From the NCBI GenBank assembly GCA_963735395.1, contig CAVTKV010000013.1, forward strand, positions 23,861-87,860: a stretch of 64,000 bases of DNA, read 5' to 3'. Position numbers and translations under genes: made by a program. Below the pieces are notes generated by a model. The model was not told where the DNA came from. It saw only the letters and a list, made by a program, of their open reading frames with translations, and did no database searches. The stretch is from an uncultured Acidimicrobiales bacterium. GTDB taxonomy: Bacteria; Actinomycetota; Acidimicrobiia; Acidimicrobiales; VFJN01. Of this stretch, positions 38,813 to 49,388 are shown piece after piece. Numbering within the stretch: the stretch's first letter is position 1; every line of letters starts with the position of its first letter.

Positions 38813-38814
38813 GA

Positions 38815-39474
<660 letters not shown>

Positions 39475-39570
39475 CCCTTCATGATCGAGTCGTTGCCCGG
39501 TCACGTTGGCGGCTCGAGGTGAGACGGCAGTGAGGCGACGATTAGTCCTTCCTCATCTGCCGACGGCTCA

Positions 39571-40774
39571 TCACGAACTACATGTGTTCGGCGCTGGTTC
39601 GCCGGCGAAGCGCTCGGCGATCCATGCGGCCACGCCGGGCGCGGCGACGTGGCCGGGTGGAGGTGAGCGCCCGACAGCCGCGGAAGCACGGTGCCAGCGC
39701 GACTCGTCGCTCAGGTTGCGGGCGGCCCGCACGCTGTCGAGCGTGTTCATCGCTTCGGACTGTCCGACCAGGTACGGGTGGGGTCCGGGAGTCCCGAGGC
39801 CTTGGTAGTCGGTGGCAGCGACCACGTACCCGGCGGCGACGAGACTCGTCGAGCCCTTCGTACACCGGCAAGGCTTGGCGGCCCTGCAGCGATGGGCTGC
39901 AGTTGGTGGCCACGCCGACGGTGCCGTGCGTGAGCGTGATGACGTTGTGGCCCTCCGCTGGCGCGGCGCCATCGGGCACGACGACGATCCCGCTGACCGC
40001 AGTGGGCGCACCGTCGTAGCCGGTCGACGTGTAGAGCAGCCGGTATGTCGTCGCCCCGTCGTGGAAGCCGTCGATGACCTCGGTGCGGATGATCGTGCCG
40101 GGCGGCCCGTCGGGCAGCGGGGACGGCGCGGTATAGAACGAGCCGGGTGCACCGGGCGCAGAACGATGCACGGCGACGCTGATCGCCAGCCCACCGACCG
40201 CCAACACCAGCGCGGTGGACGCACCGGTCAGTCGCAGCCACCGAGGCCAACGGCTCTCCGGCGCCGCGGCATCGATCGCCACTGCCGAGCCAGGCGGTGC
40301 CTGGCGCAACTTGGCAGCCAGGGCGACCTGGCTGACGCCGAACAGGATCGTGCGGACGCCCACGAGGACGGCCAGCACCAGCACGGTCACCGCCGGCCAC
40401 GTCAACGCCAGCACCCCGACGACCACGTTGGTGAGGCCGCTGATGCCGAGAACGAACAGCTCGTCGCCGTCGCCGACCAGTGCCGTCACCATCCTGATCG
40501 CGCCGCCCCGCACTAGCGCGATACCGACCGCGATGGCCAGAGCGAGGGTGGTGATCGCCGGCCACGATGCGGTGATGAGACCGACCACAATCCATCCCAC
40601 GCCGATGATGCGTGACAGCCATGGCCGCGGTGAGGCCTCGACCGACGCGAGCCGGACGACCCACGCAGGATCAGAGCGGCGGCGACCAGCCACGCCAAGA
40701 CAGCCCACCACGGCGCCCGTCGCGCGATGAACGTCCTGACCGCCGAGACCAGTCGAGTCACGCCGCGGTCCCAC
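39571..40774 (-). pseudogene. DUF308 (HdeD-like) membrane domain fused to a secretory-lipase (LIP-family) domain; frameshifted at about 39850-39880 and C-terminally truncated
   Basis: Frame X: ...GWIVVGLITASWPAI...GSFYTAPSPLPDGPPGTIIRTEVIDG...HNVITLTHGTVGVATNCSPSLQGRQALPVYEGLDES. Frame Y continues ...LVAAGYVVAATDYQGLGTPGPHPYLVGQSEAMNTLDSVRAARNL...GRSPPPGHVAAPGVAAWIAERFA and then stops. The lipase domain ends well short of full length, right at the boundary of the sortase operon. Confidence 0.55.
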
Positions 40775-40791
40775 CGCTCACGACCCGAACG

Positions 40792-42864
40792 TCAAACCAC
40801 GGGCCGCCCCCTCACCCACGACGCCGGGGACGCCGTCGCCGGAACGGGGCTGCGCGCCTCGTGGCGGCGGCCCGGAAACCTCAATCGGTTCTTGTCGACG
40901 ACGAAGCAGAACTTTCCCGCGTGATCGCCGTAGTGGAAGGCGAGAGTGAGGACGCACGCCGCCATGTAGGCGGCGCTCAGGGCGCACCACGCGAGGCCGT
41001 TCGCGGCGAAGAGCACCATCCAGGCGACCTGGTGGGCGACGAACCCTGCCTCGGTCAGCACGTACGGCCAGTGCACCTTCACGCTGTCCGTCTTGGTGGC
41101 GGTCGGCGCGCCGGCCGGCAGCTCGATCGCGGCGTTCGGCCGACCGGGTGCTCCCGCCGGTTCGACGCCCTCGCCCGGTTCGCCCACCGTGGGCCTCGTG
41201 GTCACCGTCGCGGCCTTGGGGGTGCGCTCGAACTCGCTGTGCAGCGGACCGAAGAGGCCTTCGGAAAAGGCGCTGAACTGATGCGGGAGCATCCCGGTGT
41301 TGATGATGAGGTACGGGACGACGCGCCCGAAGTGCCCCAGCACGCCTCGCGGCGTGATCCTGCCGGGGTAGGTGTGCTTCGTCTCGATCGACGCCACGGT
41401 CGCGGCCACGGCGATCCAGAGCGCGCTGGGCAGCACGTACAGCAAGACCCCGACCGCGGCACCGAAGGACCCGAACCAGTGATCGGTGTAGATCATGAAC
41501 GGCAACATCGTGATCCAGACGGCCCAGGCGGGCCATTGCCACGCGATGCACATGTGGTAGAGCAGATGGAGCCGCCTGAGCCCTGAGCACCGATACCGGA
41601 ACAGCAGCGTCGACAGGTGCAGCTTCTGGAGCTGCACCCAGCCCTGCGTCCAGCGCTTCTGTTGCGCCTTGTACGCGGTGTAGGTCGCCGGCAGCTCGGC
41701 GGGAGCGACGATCTCCTTCACGAACTTCGTGCGGTACCCGGCGAACAGATGCCGGAAGCTCAGCTCGCAGTCTTCGACCAGGCTCGCGGCGTGCCAGCCC
41801 CCGGCGGCCTCGATGGCCGAGGCCCGCCAGACACCGGCCGTGCCGGTGAAGTTGACGAACTGCCACATCGCCGAGCGCCATGACATCTGCAGCGTGTGGT
41901 GGTCATCGACCCACAGCGACTGTGCGAGGGTCAGCGCCGACTCGTCGTGGTTGAGGTGCCCCCACTGCGCCTGCACGAGCGCGAGACCGGTGTCGGGCTG
42001 GCCATTCGGGAGGAAGAAGTGCGGGATGGCGTTCAACAGGAAGTCCTGCGGCGGCAGGAAGTCCGAGTCGAAGATCACGAGGAACTCGGCGTCGGTCTCC
42101 CGGCGACCCTCCTCGAGGGCGCCGGCCTTGAAGCCGCGGCGATCGACGCGGTGCCGCACGTAGCAGTGCACACCGGTCGACGCACGGATGTTGGCGCACA
42201 CCTCCTCGACGAGCGCCCGCGTGTCATCGTCGGTGGAGTCGTCGAGGACCTGCACGCTGAACCGGTCTGCCGGCCAGGTCATCGCGGCAGCGGCCTCGAT
42301 GACGCGCTGCGCTACCGCGTGCTCGTTGAACATGGGGAGCTGCACGCAGACGGTGGGAGTCACCGCCGGCAGTCGCCCAGGTTGCTCGGGCACTCGCCCC
42401 CGCCAGAAGAAGCCCAGGCGTTCGACCAGTCCGCCCGCGAGGAAGAACGCGATCACGAAGTACGGCAGGTGAAGGGTGGCCGTGAGCACCCACCAGCCTG
42501 CACTGTGCACCGCGAACCACCCGCTCCCGGCGTCCCGTGTCGCGGCGTACGCGAACAGCCAGACGGCCACGCCGAACGCGCCGAGTTGTGGCATCCACCA
42601 GCGGAAGCGCACGGGACCCTCCCGCGCCACCGGCGACGAGGTCGCCGATGAGAGTGGATCGAGACCCGGGGACGAGGCCACTTGCGCGCTGTCGTCCGTC
42701 GCGATGTCAGCGAGCCCACTGCCGGCGATGCGCTCGGACCTGGTGGCCGGCCGAGGCGGGGTCCCCGCCGGGGATCGATCGCGCCGATCGCGACGCCGCT
42801 CGCGAGTGCCGGGAGCGAGGCCGAGTCCGCGGCGCCGCGCGGTGGGGCTGGGCTGGGAGGTCAA
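40792..42864 (-). CDS. family-2 glycosyltransferase, processive beta-glycan-synthase-like (QxxRW type) with N- and C-terminal TM helices
   Basis: VQLPMFNEHAVAQRVIEAAAAMTWPADRFSVQVLDDSTDD..., DSD (DxD), VEDCELSFR and QQKRWTQGW (QxxRW). The true start may be internal (GTG at about 42630 or ATG at about 42594). The first 80 aa are Arg/Pro-rich. Confidence 0.8.
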   Translation of the reverse strand: MTSQPSPTARRRGLGLAPGTRERRRDRRDRSPAGTPPRPATRSERIAGSGLADIATDDSAQVASSPGLDPLSSATSSPVAREGPVRFRWWMPQLGAFGVAVWLFAYAATRDAGSGWFAVHSAGWWVLTATLHLPYFVIAFFLAGGLVERLGFFWRGRVPEQPGRLPAVTPTVCVQLPMFNEHAVAQRVIEAAAAMTWPADRFSVQVLDDSTDDDTRALVEEVCANIRASTGVHCYVRHRVDRRGFKAGALEEGRRETDAEFLVIFDSDFLPPQDFLLNAIPHFFLPNGQPDTGLALVQAQWGHLNHDESALTLAQSLWVDDHHTLQMSWRSAMWQFVNFTGTAGVWRASAIEAAGGWHAASLVEDCELSFRHLFAGYRTKFVKEIVAPAELPATYTAYKAQQKRWTQGWVQLQKLHLSTLLFRYRCSGLRRLHLLYHMCIAWQWPAWAVWITMLPFMIYTDHWFGSFGAAVGVLLYVLPSALWIAVAATVASIETKHTYPGRITPRGVLGHFGRVVPYLIINTGMLPHQFSAFSEGLFGPLHSEFERTPKAATVTTRPTVGEPGEGVEPAGAPGRPNAAIELPAGAPTATKTDSVKVHWPYVLTEAGFVAHQVAWMVLFAANGLAWCALSAAYMAACVLTLAFHYGDHAGKFCFVVDKNRLRFPGRRHEARSPVPATASPASWVRGRPVV

Positions 42865-42931
42865 CTCGGACTCATCTCTCGTGGGGGATCCGTTGACCTC
42901 CGCACCATGGGGGCAGCGGATGAGATGAGCG

Positions 42932-42956
42932 TGAGGTCATTCTGAGAATCACCTCA
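42932..42956 (+). promoter_or_regulatory. 25-bp imperfect palindrome TGAGGTCATTCTGAGAATCACCTCA (22 of 25 symmetric) flanked by GATGAGATGAG / TCATCTG, upstream of the GT2 gene
   Basis: Seen in the sequence in a low-GC patch, about 70-90 bp upstream of the GT2 start on the minus strand. Confidence 0.4.
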
Positions 42957-43410
42957 TCTGCCCGCGCGGCAGGGTTCAGGAACCGAATGTCGGGGAGCTC
43001 CCCGACGCCGCTGCCCGAGGCGCGGGCTTAGGGTCGGAACCTGTGGAACACCAACCCCGCCGCGACGGGGACCGTGTGCTGAGCGTCCGGCTGGACATCC
43101 TGCTCGACCGCGAGCCGGTACGCGGACGGCTGCGCACCGAGTGGGGCGGGGAGGAGGGGTTCGTGGGCTGGCTCGGCTTCGTCGACGCTCTCAGGAGAGC
43201 GCATGAGGCCCAACAGATGTCGGCGGGACCGGCCGCCACCGGACAACCGCCCGGTGAGGCACCGACGACCGATGGTCGACAGGAGCCGGAGCAGCCACCG
43301 TGACCGGGACCAGGCCCCGGTTGGTGGGCTGGGTCCCACCCGTGTTCCGCATCGGTCGGCCGGTCGGCCCGTGGGATACGGTGAGCCGGATCTCGAGGCT
43401 GTGATGGGCT

Positions 43411-46266
43411 GTGGCACCTGCTCTGGTAGTCGAGAATGTGGCGACACTTCTGGACCGGGAGCGCGAGCTCGCCGAGTTGGGCCGCGCTCTGTCCCAGGCT
43501 CAGGAGGGCCGGGGCCGCGTGGTCCTCGTCGAAGCCGCGGCCGGTCTCGGCAAGACGAGCCTGCTCAGGGCCGCCTCCCAAGCCGCCGCTGACGCGGGTT
43601 TCACGTGTCTGCGCGCCCGCGCAACGGAGCTCGAACGGGACTTCGCGTACGGCTGTGTGCGGCAGCTGCTCGAGCCCGCCGTGGAGAAGGTGACCGGTCC
43701 GGAGCGTGAGCACCTGTTCGAGTGGGCCGCGGCTCAGTCGACGCCGCTGTTCGCTCCGACCGGAGCCGCGCTCGCCTCACTGCCGGTCGACAGCTCCTTC
43801 GCGGTGCTGCACGGCCTCTACTGGCTGCTCAACAACCTCGCGGACGAGGGCCCGGTGGTGCTCGCGGTCGACGACATCCACTGGTCCGACCCGGAGTCGT
43901 TGCGCTTCCTCAACTACCTGGGCCCCCGCCTGGACGGCCTCCCCGTTGCCGTGCTGGTCTCCACCCGCCGGGGTGATGACGAGGTGGAGGACCTGGCACG
44001 GTTGGCCGCGGACCCGGACACGACGGTGTTGCGCCCCGGGCCGTTGGGCGTCGGCGCGACGGCGATGCTGTGTGAGCAACGGCTCGGCGCGAAGGTCGCC
44101 GACGAGTTCGCGGCGGCGTGCCGTGAATCCACGGGCGGGAATCCGTTCTTCCTCGAGGCGCTCCTGCGCGAGGCCAAGGAGCAGCGGATCCGGTCGGACG
44201 CCCGAGGGGCCCTGCACGTGCCGCGCATCGGCCCCGCCACGGTTGCCCAGGCGGTGCTTTTGCGCCTGTCGGGGGCTCCCGCGGCCGCGGGCGCGGTGGT
44301 GCGCGCGGCCGCGGTGCTGGGCGATGGTGCCAGCGTCGCCGAGGCAGCCGGGCTGGCCGGGGTCACCGACGACGAGGCGGCCCGGGCCGCTGACCGTCTG
44401 ACCGCGCTCGCCATACTCGGGCCCGGTCACGGCCTCGAGTTCGCCCACCCGATCGTGCGCGAGGCGGTCTACGCCGACATCGCACCCCGCGAGCGTGCCG
44501 AGGCGCATGCGCGTGCGGTCGAGGTCCTCGTGGCGAGAGGTGCGTCGGAGGAACGGGTCGCGGCCCAGATCGTCCAGGCCGAGCCGGCGGGCGATCCCGA
44601 GCGGGTCGAGCTCCTGCGCCGCACGGCGGCGGAGGCGCTGGTGAGGGGCGCGCCGGGCGCGGCGGTCGCCTGGCTCCGGCGTGCGCTGGCCGAGCCGCCC
44701 CCGGCCGCCTCCAGGCCGGAGGTGCTCGTCGAGCTCGGCTCTGCTGAGCTGCGCCTCTGGGCGCCAGGGGCCATCGACCACCTCGCAGAGGCGGTCGATG
44801 TGATCGAGGAGCCGGGCCTGCTCACGACGGCCGTCCGCCGGCTCGCGACCGCGCTCACGTGGTCGGGGGAGTCCGACCGTGCCGTCGAGGCACTCGAGTC
44901 GGCCATCCCGACCGTCGAGGCGTCCGATCGGGAGTTGGCGCTGTGTCTGACGGCGGATCTCGCGGCGCACGCCCAGGAGGCCAGCCTCGAGGCTCGTGCA
45001 CCTGCGGCGAGGCGGCTGGAGCGCCACCGCGACCTCATCGGGGCGAGCCCCGGTGAACGCCTGGCCAAAGCGAGCTTGGCCTTCGAGCGCGCCAGGGCCA
45101 GCCAGTCGGAGAGCGACGCGGCGGCCTACATGGAAGCCGCGCTGGCGGGCGGGCGGTTGCTCGGCGAGCAGGAGGTGGACGTCGCCCCTCCGATCTATGT
45201 CCTTGTGGTGGGCTTGCTCGCCACGGACGCGCTCGATGTCGCCGATGCGTGCCTGGACCAGATGCTGGCCGATGCCCGCGCCCGGGTCTCGGTCCCGGCA
45301 GTGGCGTTCGTGCTCGCCCACCAGGGTGTGGCCTGCATGCGGCGGGGCGTCGTGGCCCGAGCCGAGGCCGATGCACGGACTGCGCTCGACCTGCTCACCA
45401 CGCACGACATCCCGCTGGGGGCCACGCTGGCTCTCGGGGTTCTGATCGAGGCACTGGTCGAGGGCGGCGAGGTCGACGCCGCCGGACAGGCCCTCACTAA
45501 CTTTGGCCCGGGCGATGAGATTCCGCCGGGGCTGCCCAGCAATCCCCTGCTGGAGGCTCGGAGCCTGTTGCGTCTCGCTCAGGGACGGACGCGTGAGGGG
45601 CTGGATGACCTGGTCGAGTTCGGCCGCCGGGACGAGCTGTGGGGAGGCGCGAACCCGCTTGCCTCTCGCTGGCGCTCGCGCGCCGCGCTCGCGCTGGACG
45701 CACTCGGGGAACGTGAGCGTGCGCGCCACATGGCCGCCGAGGATGTCGAGCGGGCGCGGCGCTGGGGGGCGCCGAGCGGACTTGGCGTTGCGCTGCGCGC
45801 GACCGCCCTGGTCGACGGCGGCCCGGCGATCGTGGATCGCCTCCGAGAGGCCGTGGACGTCCTCGCGGCCTCACCTGCCCGGCTCGAGCACGCCCGTGCG
45901 CTCACCGACCTCGGTGCCGCCCTGCGGCGCGCCAACCGCCGTGCGGACGCGCGCGGCGTGCTCCAGACCGGGCTCGACCTCGCTCGGAACTGCGGCGCAC
46001 GCTCGCTTGCCGCGCGCGCCCGCACAGAGCTGAGCGCCGCCGGCGGCCGGTCGAGCGAACCGACGGGCACCGGCGTACAGCAGCTGACCGCCTCCGAGCG
46101 CCGTGTCGCCGAGCTCGCCGCCGAAGGACACAGCAACCCCGAGATCGCCCAGGCGCTGTTCGTGACCCGCAAGACCGTCGAGACCCATCTCGGGCACGTC
46201 TACCGCAAGCTGGACATCTCCCGCCGTGGGCAGCTGCACCGTGCCCTCGCCGACCGGCGATCGTGA
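43411..46266 (+). CDS. LuxR-family transcriptional regulator with an N-terminal AAA/NACHT-like ATPase (LAL / MalT-type), 951 aa
   Basis: Walker A VVLVEAAAGLGKTSLL, a TPR-like middle region, and a C-terminal LuxR HTH LTASERRVAELAAEGHSNPEIAQALFVTRKTVETHLGHVYRKLDISRRGQL. Confidence 0.9.
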   Translation: MAPALVVENVATLLDRERELAELGRALSQAQEGRGRVVLVEAAAGLGKTSLLRAASQAAADAGFTCLRARATELERDFAYGCVRQLLEPAVEKVTGPEREHLFEWAAAQSTPLFAPTGAALASLPVDSSFAVLHGLYWLLNNLADEGPVVLAVDDIHWSDPESLRFLNYLGPRLDGLPVAVLVSTRRGDDEVEDLARLAADPDTTVLRPGPLGVGATAMLCEQRLGAKVADEFAAACRESTGGNPFFLEALLREAKEQRIRSDARGALHVPRIGPATVAQAVLLRLSGAPAAAGAVVRAAAVLGDGASVAEAAGLAGVTDDEAARAADRLTALAILGPGHGLEFAHPIVREAVYADIAPRERAEAHARAVEVLVARGASEERVAAQIVQAEPAGDPERVELLRRTAAEALVRGAPGAAVAWLRRALAEPPPAASRPEVLVELGSAELRLWAPGAIDHLAEAVDVIEEPGLLTTAVRRLATALTWSGESDRAVEALESAIPTVEASDRELALCLTADLAAHAQEASLEARAPAARRLERHRDLIGASPGERLAKASLAFERARASQSESDAAAYMEAALAGGRLLGEQEVDVAPPIYVLVVGLLATDALDVADACLDQMLADARARVSVPAVAFVLAHQGVACMRRGVVARAEADARTALDLLTTHDIPLGATLALGVLIEALVEGGEVDAAGQALTNFGPGDEIPPGLPSNPLLEARSLLRLAQGRTREGLDDLVEFGRRDELWGGANPLASRWRSRAALALDALGERERARHMAAEDVERARRWGAPSGLGVALRATALVDGGPAIVDRLREAVDVLAASPARLEHARALTDLGAALRRANRRADARGVLQTGLDLARNCGARSLAARARTELSAAGGRSSEPTGTGVQQLTASERRVAELAAEGHSNPEIAQALFVTRKTVETHLGHVYRKLDISRRGQLHRALADRRS

Positions 46267-46295
46267 GCGCCACGCCTTGGCAACCGCCGGCGGCC

Positions 46296-46826
46296 TCATG
46301 CGATGCGCACCACGGCCACGCCCTGGAGATGCGCCGGAAGGGGGATCTCGGGCAACTGGTCCTCGGGCCGGGGCACCTTGGGCGGACGGCCCCGCGGCCG
46401 TCGGGTGGCCAGGATCGTCCCGTTGAGGAACAGCTGACCGCCCCACACTCCCCACGGCTCACGCCGCTCGAGGGCGCCCTCGAGGCACGGGATGAGCGCA
46501 GGGCAGGTCGCGCACAGTCGCTTCGCCCGGGCGATGTCCGGCAGCCTCTGGCTGAAGAACACGTGGGCGAGCCGGCCACTCCCGTCGTTGCAGCGCGCGT
46601 GCGCCCACCGGGCGGCCTCGTTCCTGGGTGTCTCATGGTCAGCCTTGTCGGCACGGACCTCGTCGAGTCGGACGAGGTGGTCGACGTCGCCGTCGGAGGG
46701 GTCGGCGTTGACGCCGCTGTGGGTCGGTGCCGTCGCGGTGTCGCTCGTCGTCATCGATCGGCTCCTCATTGGTCTCGAGGTCGACGTCCCGATGGCCGTA
46801 TGACTCGCCACGTGCGTGGAAGTCAT
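46296..46826 (-). CDS. WhiB-family [4Fe-4S] regulator with a C-terminal AT-hook (WhiB7-like) and an unusually long N-terminal extension
   Basis: ARCNDGSGRLAHVFFSQRLPDIARAKRLCATCPALIPCLEGALERREPWGVWGG carries the four Cys and the turn motif. The C-terminal RRPRGRPPKVPR is an AT-hook. The start could be an internal Met at about 46754. Confidence 0.75.
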   Translation of the reverse strand: MTSTHVASHTAIGTSTSRPMRSRSMTTSDTATAPTHSGVNADPSDGDVDHLVRLDEVRADKADHETPRNEAARWAHARCNDGSGRLAHVFFSQRLPDIARAKRLCATCPALIPCLEGALERREPWGVWGGQLFLNGTILATRRPRGRPPKVPRPEDQLPEIPLPAHLQGVAVVRIA

Positions 46827-47163
46827 CGGTCGGCATCAACGCTCGATCGGCTGGGGACGACGGTCGCACGCGACCGGAGCCTCGGCGTCAGGGCCCTCCC
46901 TGATCTCGGTCCCCGAATCTCGTCGTCGAAACCGTGCTCGGAGGCCCACCGATGCGGCCTGCACCCACGGAGTTCAGGGATCGAGTTCAGCGACGTCCTG
47001 GGCAGCAACGCCCCTCTGACCGACGGCGTCGAGCGCGCTCTGGGCCGGGCGCCCCGGGACTTCGCCGACTATGCACGGGCGGCCGCCGCCACGGGCGCCT
47101 GGAACGGATCCGAGGCGACCACCTGAGGGTCTTGGTACGTTACCGCTGGTGGCCGGGCTGGTC

Positions 47164-47433
47164 GTGAGGTGTTCCATCGTCCTCGCCGAGGGGTGGAGCG
47201 ATACCAACCGTGCAGATCTCCCCGCGCTCGAGGACGCCCCGGAGGCGCGCAGCCTCATCAGCATCAGCGAGGACTCGTGGCCGGTGGCGCCGGACACGCG
47301 GACCCTGCGGACCATCATCTCGATCGAGGCCACCAGCGCCGCCAGCATCCGCTGGTATGCACAGCACGTCCTCGGCCTGGACGAGGAGCATCCGTCCTGG
47401 ATCGAGATGGAGCGCCAACTCCCATCCGCGTGA
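47164..47433 (+). CDS. hypothetical small protein (lower-GC patch)
   Basis: The open frame from a GTG reads ...ISISEDSWPVAPDTRTLRTIISIEATSAASIRWYAQHVLGLDEEHPSWIEMERQ. No family assignable. Confidence 0.25.
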   Translation: MRCSIVLAEGWSDTNRADLPALEDAPEARSLISISEDSWPVAPDTRTLRTIISIEATSAASIRWYAQHVLGLDEEHPSWIEMERQLPSA

Positions 47434-47584
47434 TCGGCCTCCGTCGTGCGCGATCGCGACGGGAGTCGTACGGCATCACGGCCCGCCGCAGGCGTCGAAA
47501 TCGGGGTCCGATTCAGGGATCTCCTCGATGCCGTTGCGGCCGGCGATCAGCGATCCTCGAGGAGAGACGAATGGAAAGGGGCGC

Positions 47585-47761
47585 ATGATGAGCACCCACA
47601 TCTATGGGCTGACCGTTGGTGCGCTGGCCGACGCCTCACGCGCCGCTCGCACGGTCGATCATGCCGTCACCCTCGTGGACGACGCGTCGCACGTGATCGT
47701 CATCGTCGACCAGCGAGGCCGAGTCACGATGCGACAGGAGGAGCGGTACTCGCTGAGCTGA
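47585..47761 (+). CDS. hypothetical 58-aa protein
   Basis: ATG preceded by GGAAAGGGG. MMSTHIYGLTVGALADASRAARTVDHAVTLVDDASHVIVIVDQRGRVTMRQEERYSLS. Confidence 0.35.
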   Translation: MMSTHIYGLTVGALADASRAARTVDHAVTLVDDASHVIVIVDQRGRVTMRQEERYSLS

Positions 47762-47822
47762 CCCGGCGTCAACGCGTCTCCACACCCAGAGCCGTGGGTA
47801 GCGTGTGCCCGGAGGTGGTGGC

Positions 47823-48632
47823 ATGACCGACGACCCTGACCTGCTGGTACTGCGGGTCGTCCCGCCCCCGCCGCCGCCAGGGTCCGGGCGCCGGCGGCGC
47901 CTCCGCCGGGGCGTGGTGCTCGCGGCCGTTGTGGTCGCCCTCGCCGAGGTCACGGTGGTCGTGGTCGGCGACGGCGACCCCGACCGCACCGACATCACAG
48001 GGCGTACCCCTCCTGGCCAAACCGAACGCGTGGCCTCGGTCGCTCCTTCGCCCGCGCCTGGGGGACGCGGCGCCCAGCCCGTCGCCGGGCCCAGCCCCGC
48101 CCAGCCCGCGGCGGGCGTGGTCCTGGAAGACTTGGCGCTGCGGCCCGACGGCGGAGTCGGGCCGTTTCCCAACGGCACCCCCCGCGACGACGTGCTCACT
48201 GTGGCGATCGGACTACTCGGCGCCCCGGACCGGGTGTCCGAGCCGGTGGCGACGACCGGCGCCTGCCCGGCCGACCCGACGTGGACCACGACCCAGGACG
48301 CGTCGTGGAACGACGTTGTGCTCACCTTCGCCGGACTCGATGCCGACGAGCTCCAACTCGTCGGTTGGCAGGCGGTGGCCCGCCCGGGAGCGCCCCGCCG
48401 ATTCCGCCTCGCCGACGGGCCGGTCCTCGACGACCCGCTGACGGCCTGGCGGGCGGCGTACGGCGGGGCGGTCGAGGTCCACGAGCGGCGGGCCGGCGAC
48501 GGCGGCCAGTCCAACATCACCGTCCACCTGCCCGACGGGGACGTCACGATCGTCGGACGGGCCGCGGCGTCCGCCCAGGCGGTGGTCGCCCGCGGGGGCG
48601 CGCCCTGCTCCGGGCCGGTGACCGCCGGTTGA
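47823..48632 (+). CDS. hypothetical signal-anchored (single-TM) protein
   Basis: ATG at 47823 with a GGAGGTGG RBS. The N-terminal basic stretch is followed by VVLAAVVVALAEVTVVVVG. Unknown extracytoplasmic domain. Confidence 0.6.
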   Translation: MTDDPDLLVLRVVPPPPPPGSGRRRRLRRGVVLAAVVVALAEVTVVVVGDGDPDRTDITGRTPPGQTERVASVAPSPAPGGRGAQPVAGPSPAQPAAGVVLEDLALRPDGGVGPFPNGTPRDDVLTVAIGLLGAPDRVSEPVATTGACPADPTWTTTQDASWNDVVLTFAGLDADELQLVGWQAVARPGAPRRFRLADGPVLDDPLTAWRAAYGGAVEVHERRAGDGGQSNITVHLPDGDVTIVGRAAASAQAVVARGGAPCSGPVTAG

Positions 48633-48673
48633 CGGCGCACGCGAGGTCAACCGGGGTGGCCTCGTCTCTCCCT

Positions 48674-49318
48674 TCAGCGACCGACCGGGCGGTCGAGTAG
48701 GCCGGGTAGCAGGGTGGCGACGAGGCCGTCGGCGTGTGCCTCGACCCAGTTGGGGTCGGTGGGTTCGGCGCCGGTGAGGAGGCGGGCCTCGGGCGCGTTG
48801 ACGAACGGCAGCGAGGCGGCCCCGACGATCACGTAGTGGACCATGGCGGGATCGATGGGCGCAGCGATGCCGGCGTCGCGCAGCCGCTGCCACACGGCCC
48901 GTATCGCGTCGTACAGCGGGCGGATGTGGCGCTCGACCATCCAGCGGAGGCGGTCGCTCTCCTCGGTGGCCTCGTGCACCATGATCTGGTTGAGCTCTGG
49001 GTGGGCGGCGGCGAAGCGGACGAACCGTCGGATCGCTTCGGCGAACGCCGCGGCCAGCTGGGCGGGATCGTCGGTGCCCGCTGGCAGTGGCAGGTCGGCC
49101 AGCTCCTCGCCGAGTCGGGCGAAGAGGTGGTCGACCGCCGCGGCCCACAGCGCGTCCTTCGAGGCGAAGTGGTAGTTGATCTGGGGCTGGTGGGCGTCGA
49201 CCCGCTGGGCGATCGACCGTGTCGACGCGCCGTCGAACCCCTTGGCGCCGAACTCCACCAGCGCCGACTCGAGGAGTCGCTGGCGGATGTCCTCTCTGGT
49301 CCGGCGCATGGACACCAT
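48674..49318 (-). CDS. TetR/AcrR-family transcriptional regulator
   Basis: REDIRQRLLESALVEFGAKGFDGASTRSIAQRVDAHQPQINYHFASKDALW is a TetR HTH. Divergent from the PPOX gene. Confidence 0.85.
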   Translation of the reverse strand: MVSMRRTREDIRQRLLESALVEFGAKGFDGASTRSIAQRVDAHQPQINYHFASKDALWAAAVDHLFARLGEELADLPLPAGTDDPAQLAAAFAEAIRRFVRFAAAHPELNQIMVHEATEESDRLRWMVERHIRPLYDAIRAVWQRLRDAGIAAPIDPAMVHYVIVGAASLPFVNAPEARLLTGAEPTDPNWVEAHADGLVATLLPGLLDRPVGR

Positions 49319-49332
49319 GTTATCGTTCGATA
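49319..49332 (+). promoter_or_regulatory. candidate TetR operator: 14-bp palindrome TTATCGTTCGATAA in the TetR/PPOX divergent intergenic region
   Basis: Seen in the sequence in an AT-rich spacer between 49318 and 49389. Coordinates are uncertain by about 1-2 nt. Confidence 0.35.
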
Positions 49333-49388
49333 ATATGTTGATCCTGCCACTGGCGACGGAGCCGTTCTTCCCGGCCACTGACCGCGAC

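Noticed and set aside
43043-43303. 86-aa ORF in the GT2 / LuxR intergenic region (…VLSVRLDILLDREPVRGRLRTEWGGEEGFVGWLGFVDALRRAHEAQQM…)
   Set aside because: It is moderately protein-like but has no RBS or family support and lies in a likely promoter region. Confidence is too low to list as a feature.
46263-47126. 287-aa plus ORF antisense to the WhiB gene
   Set aside because: It overlaps the conserved WhiB core on the opposite strand. Only its last about 40 aa look protein-like, which is insufficient to call a gene.
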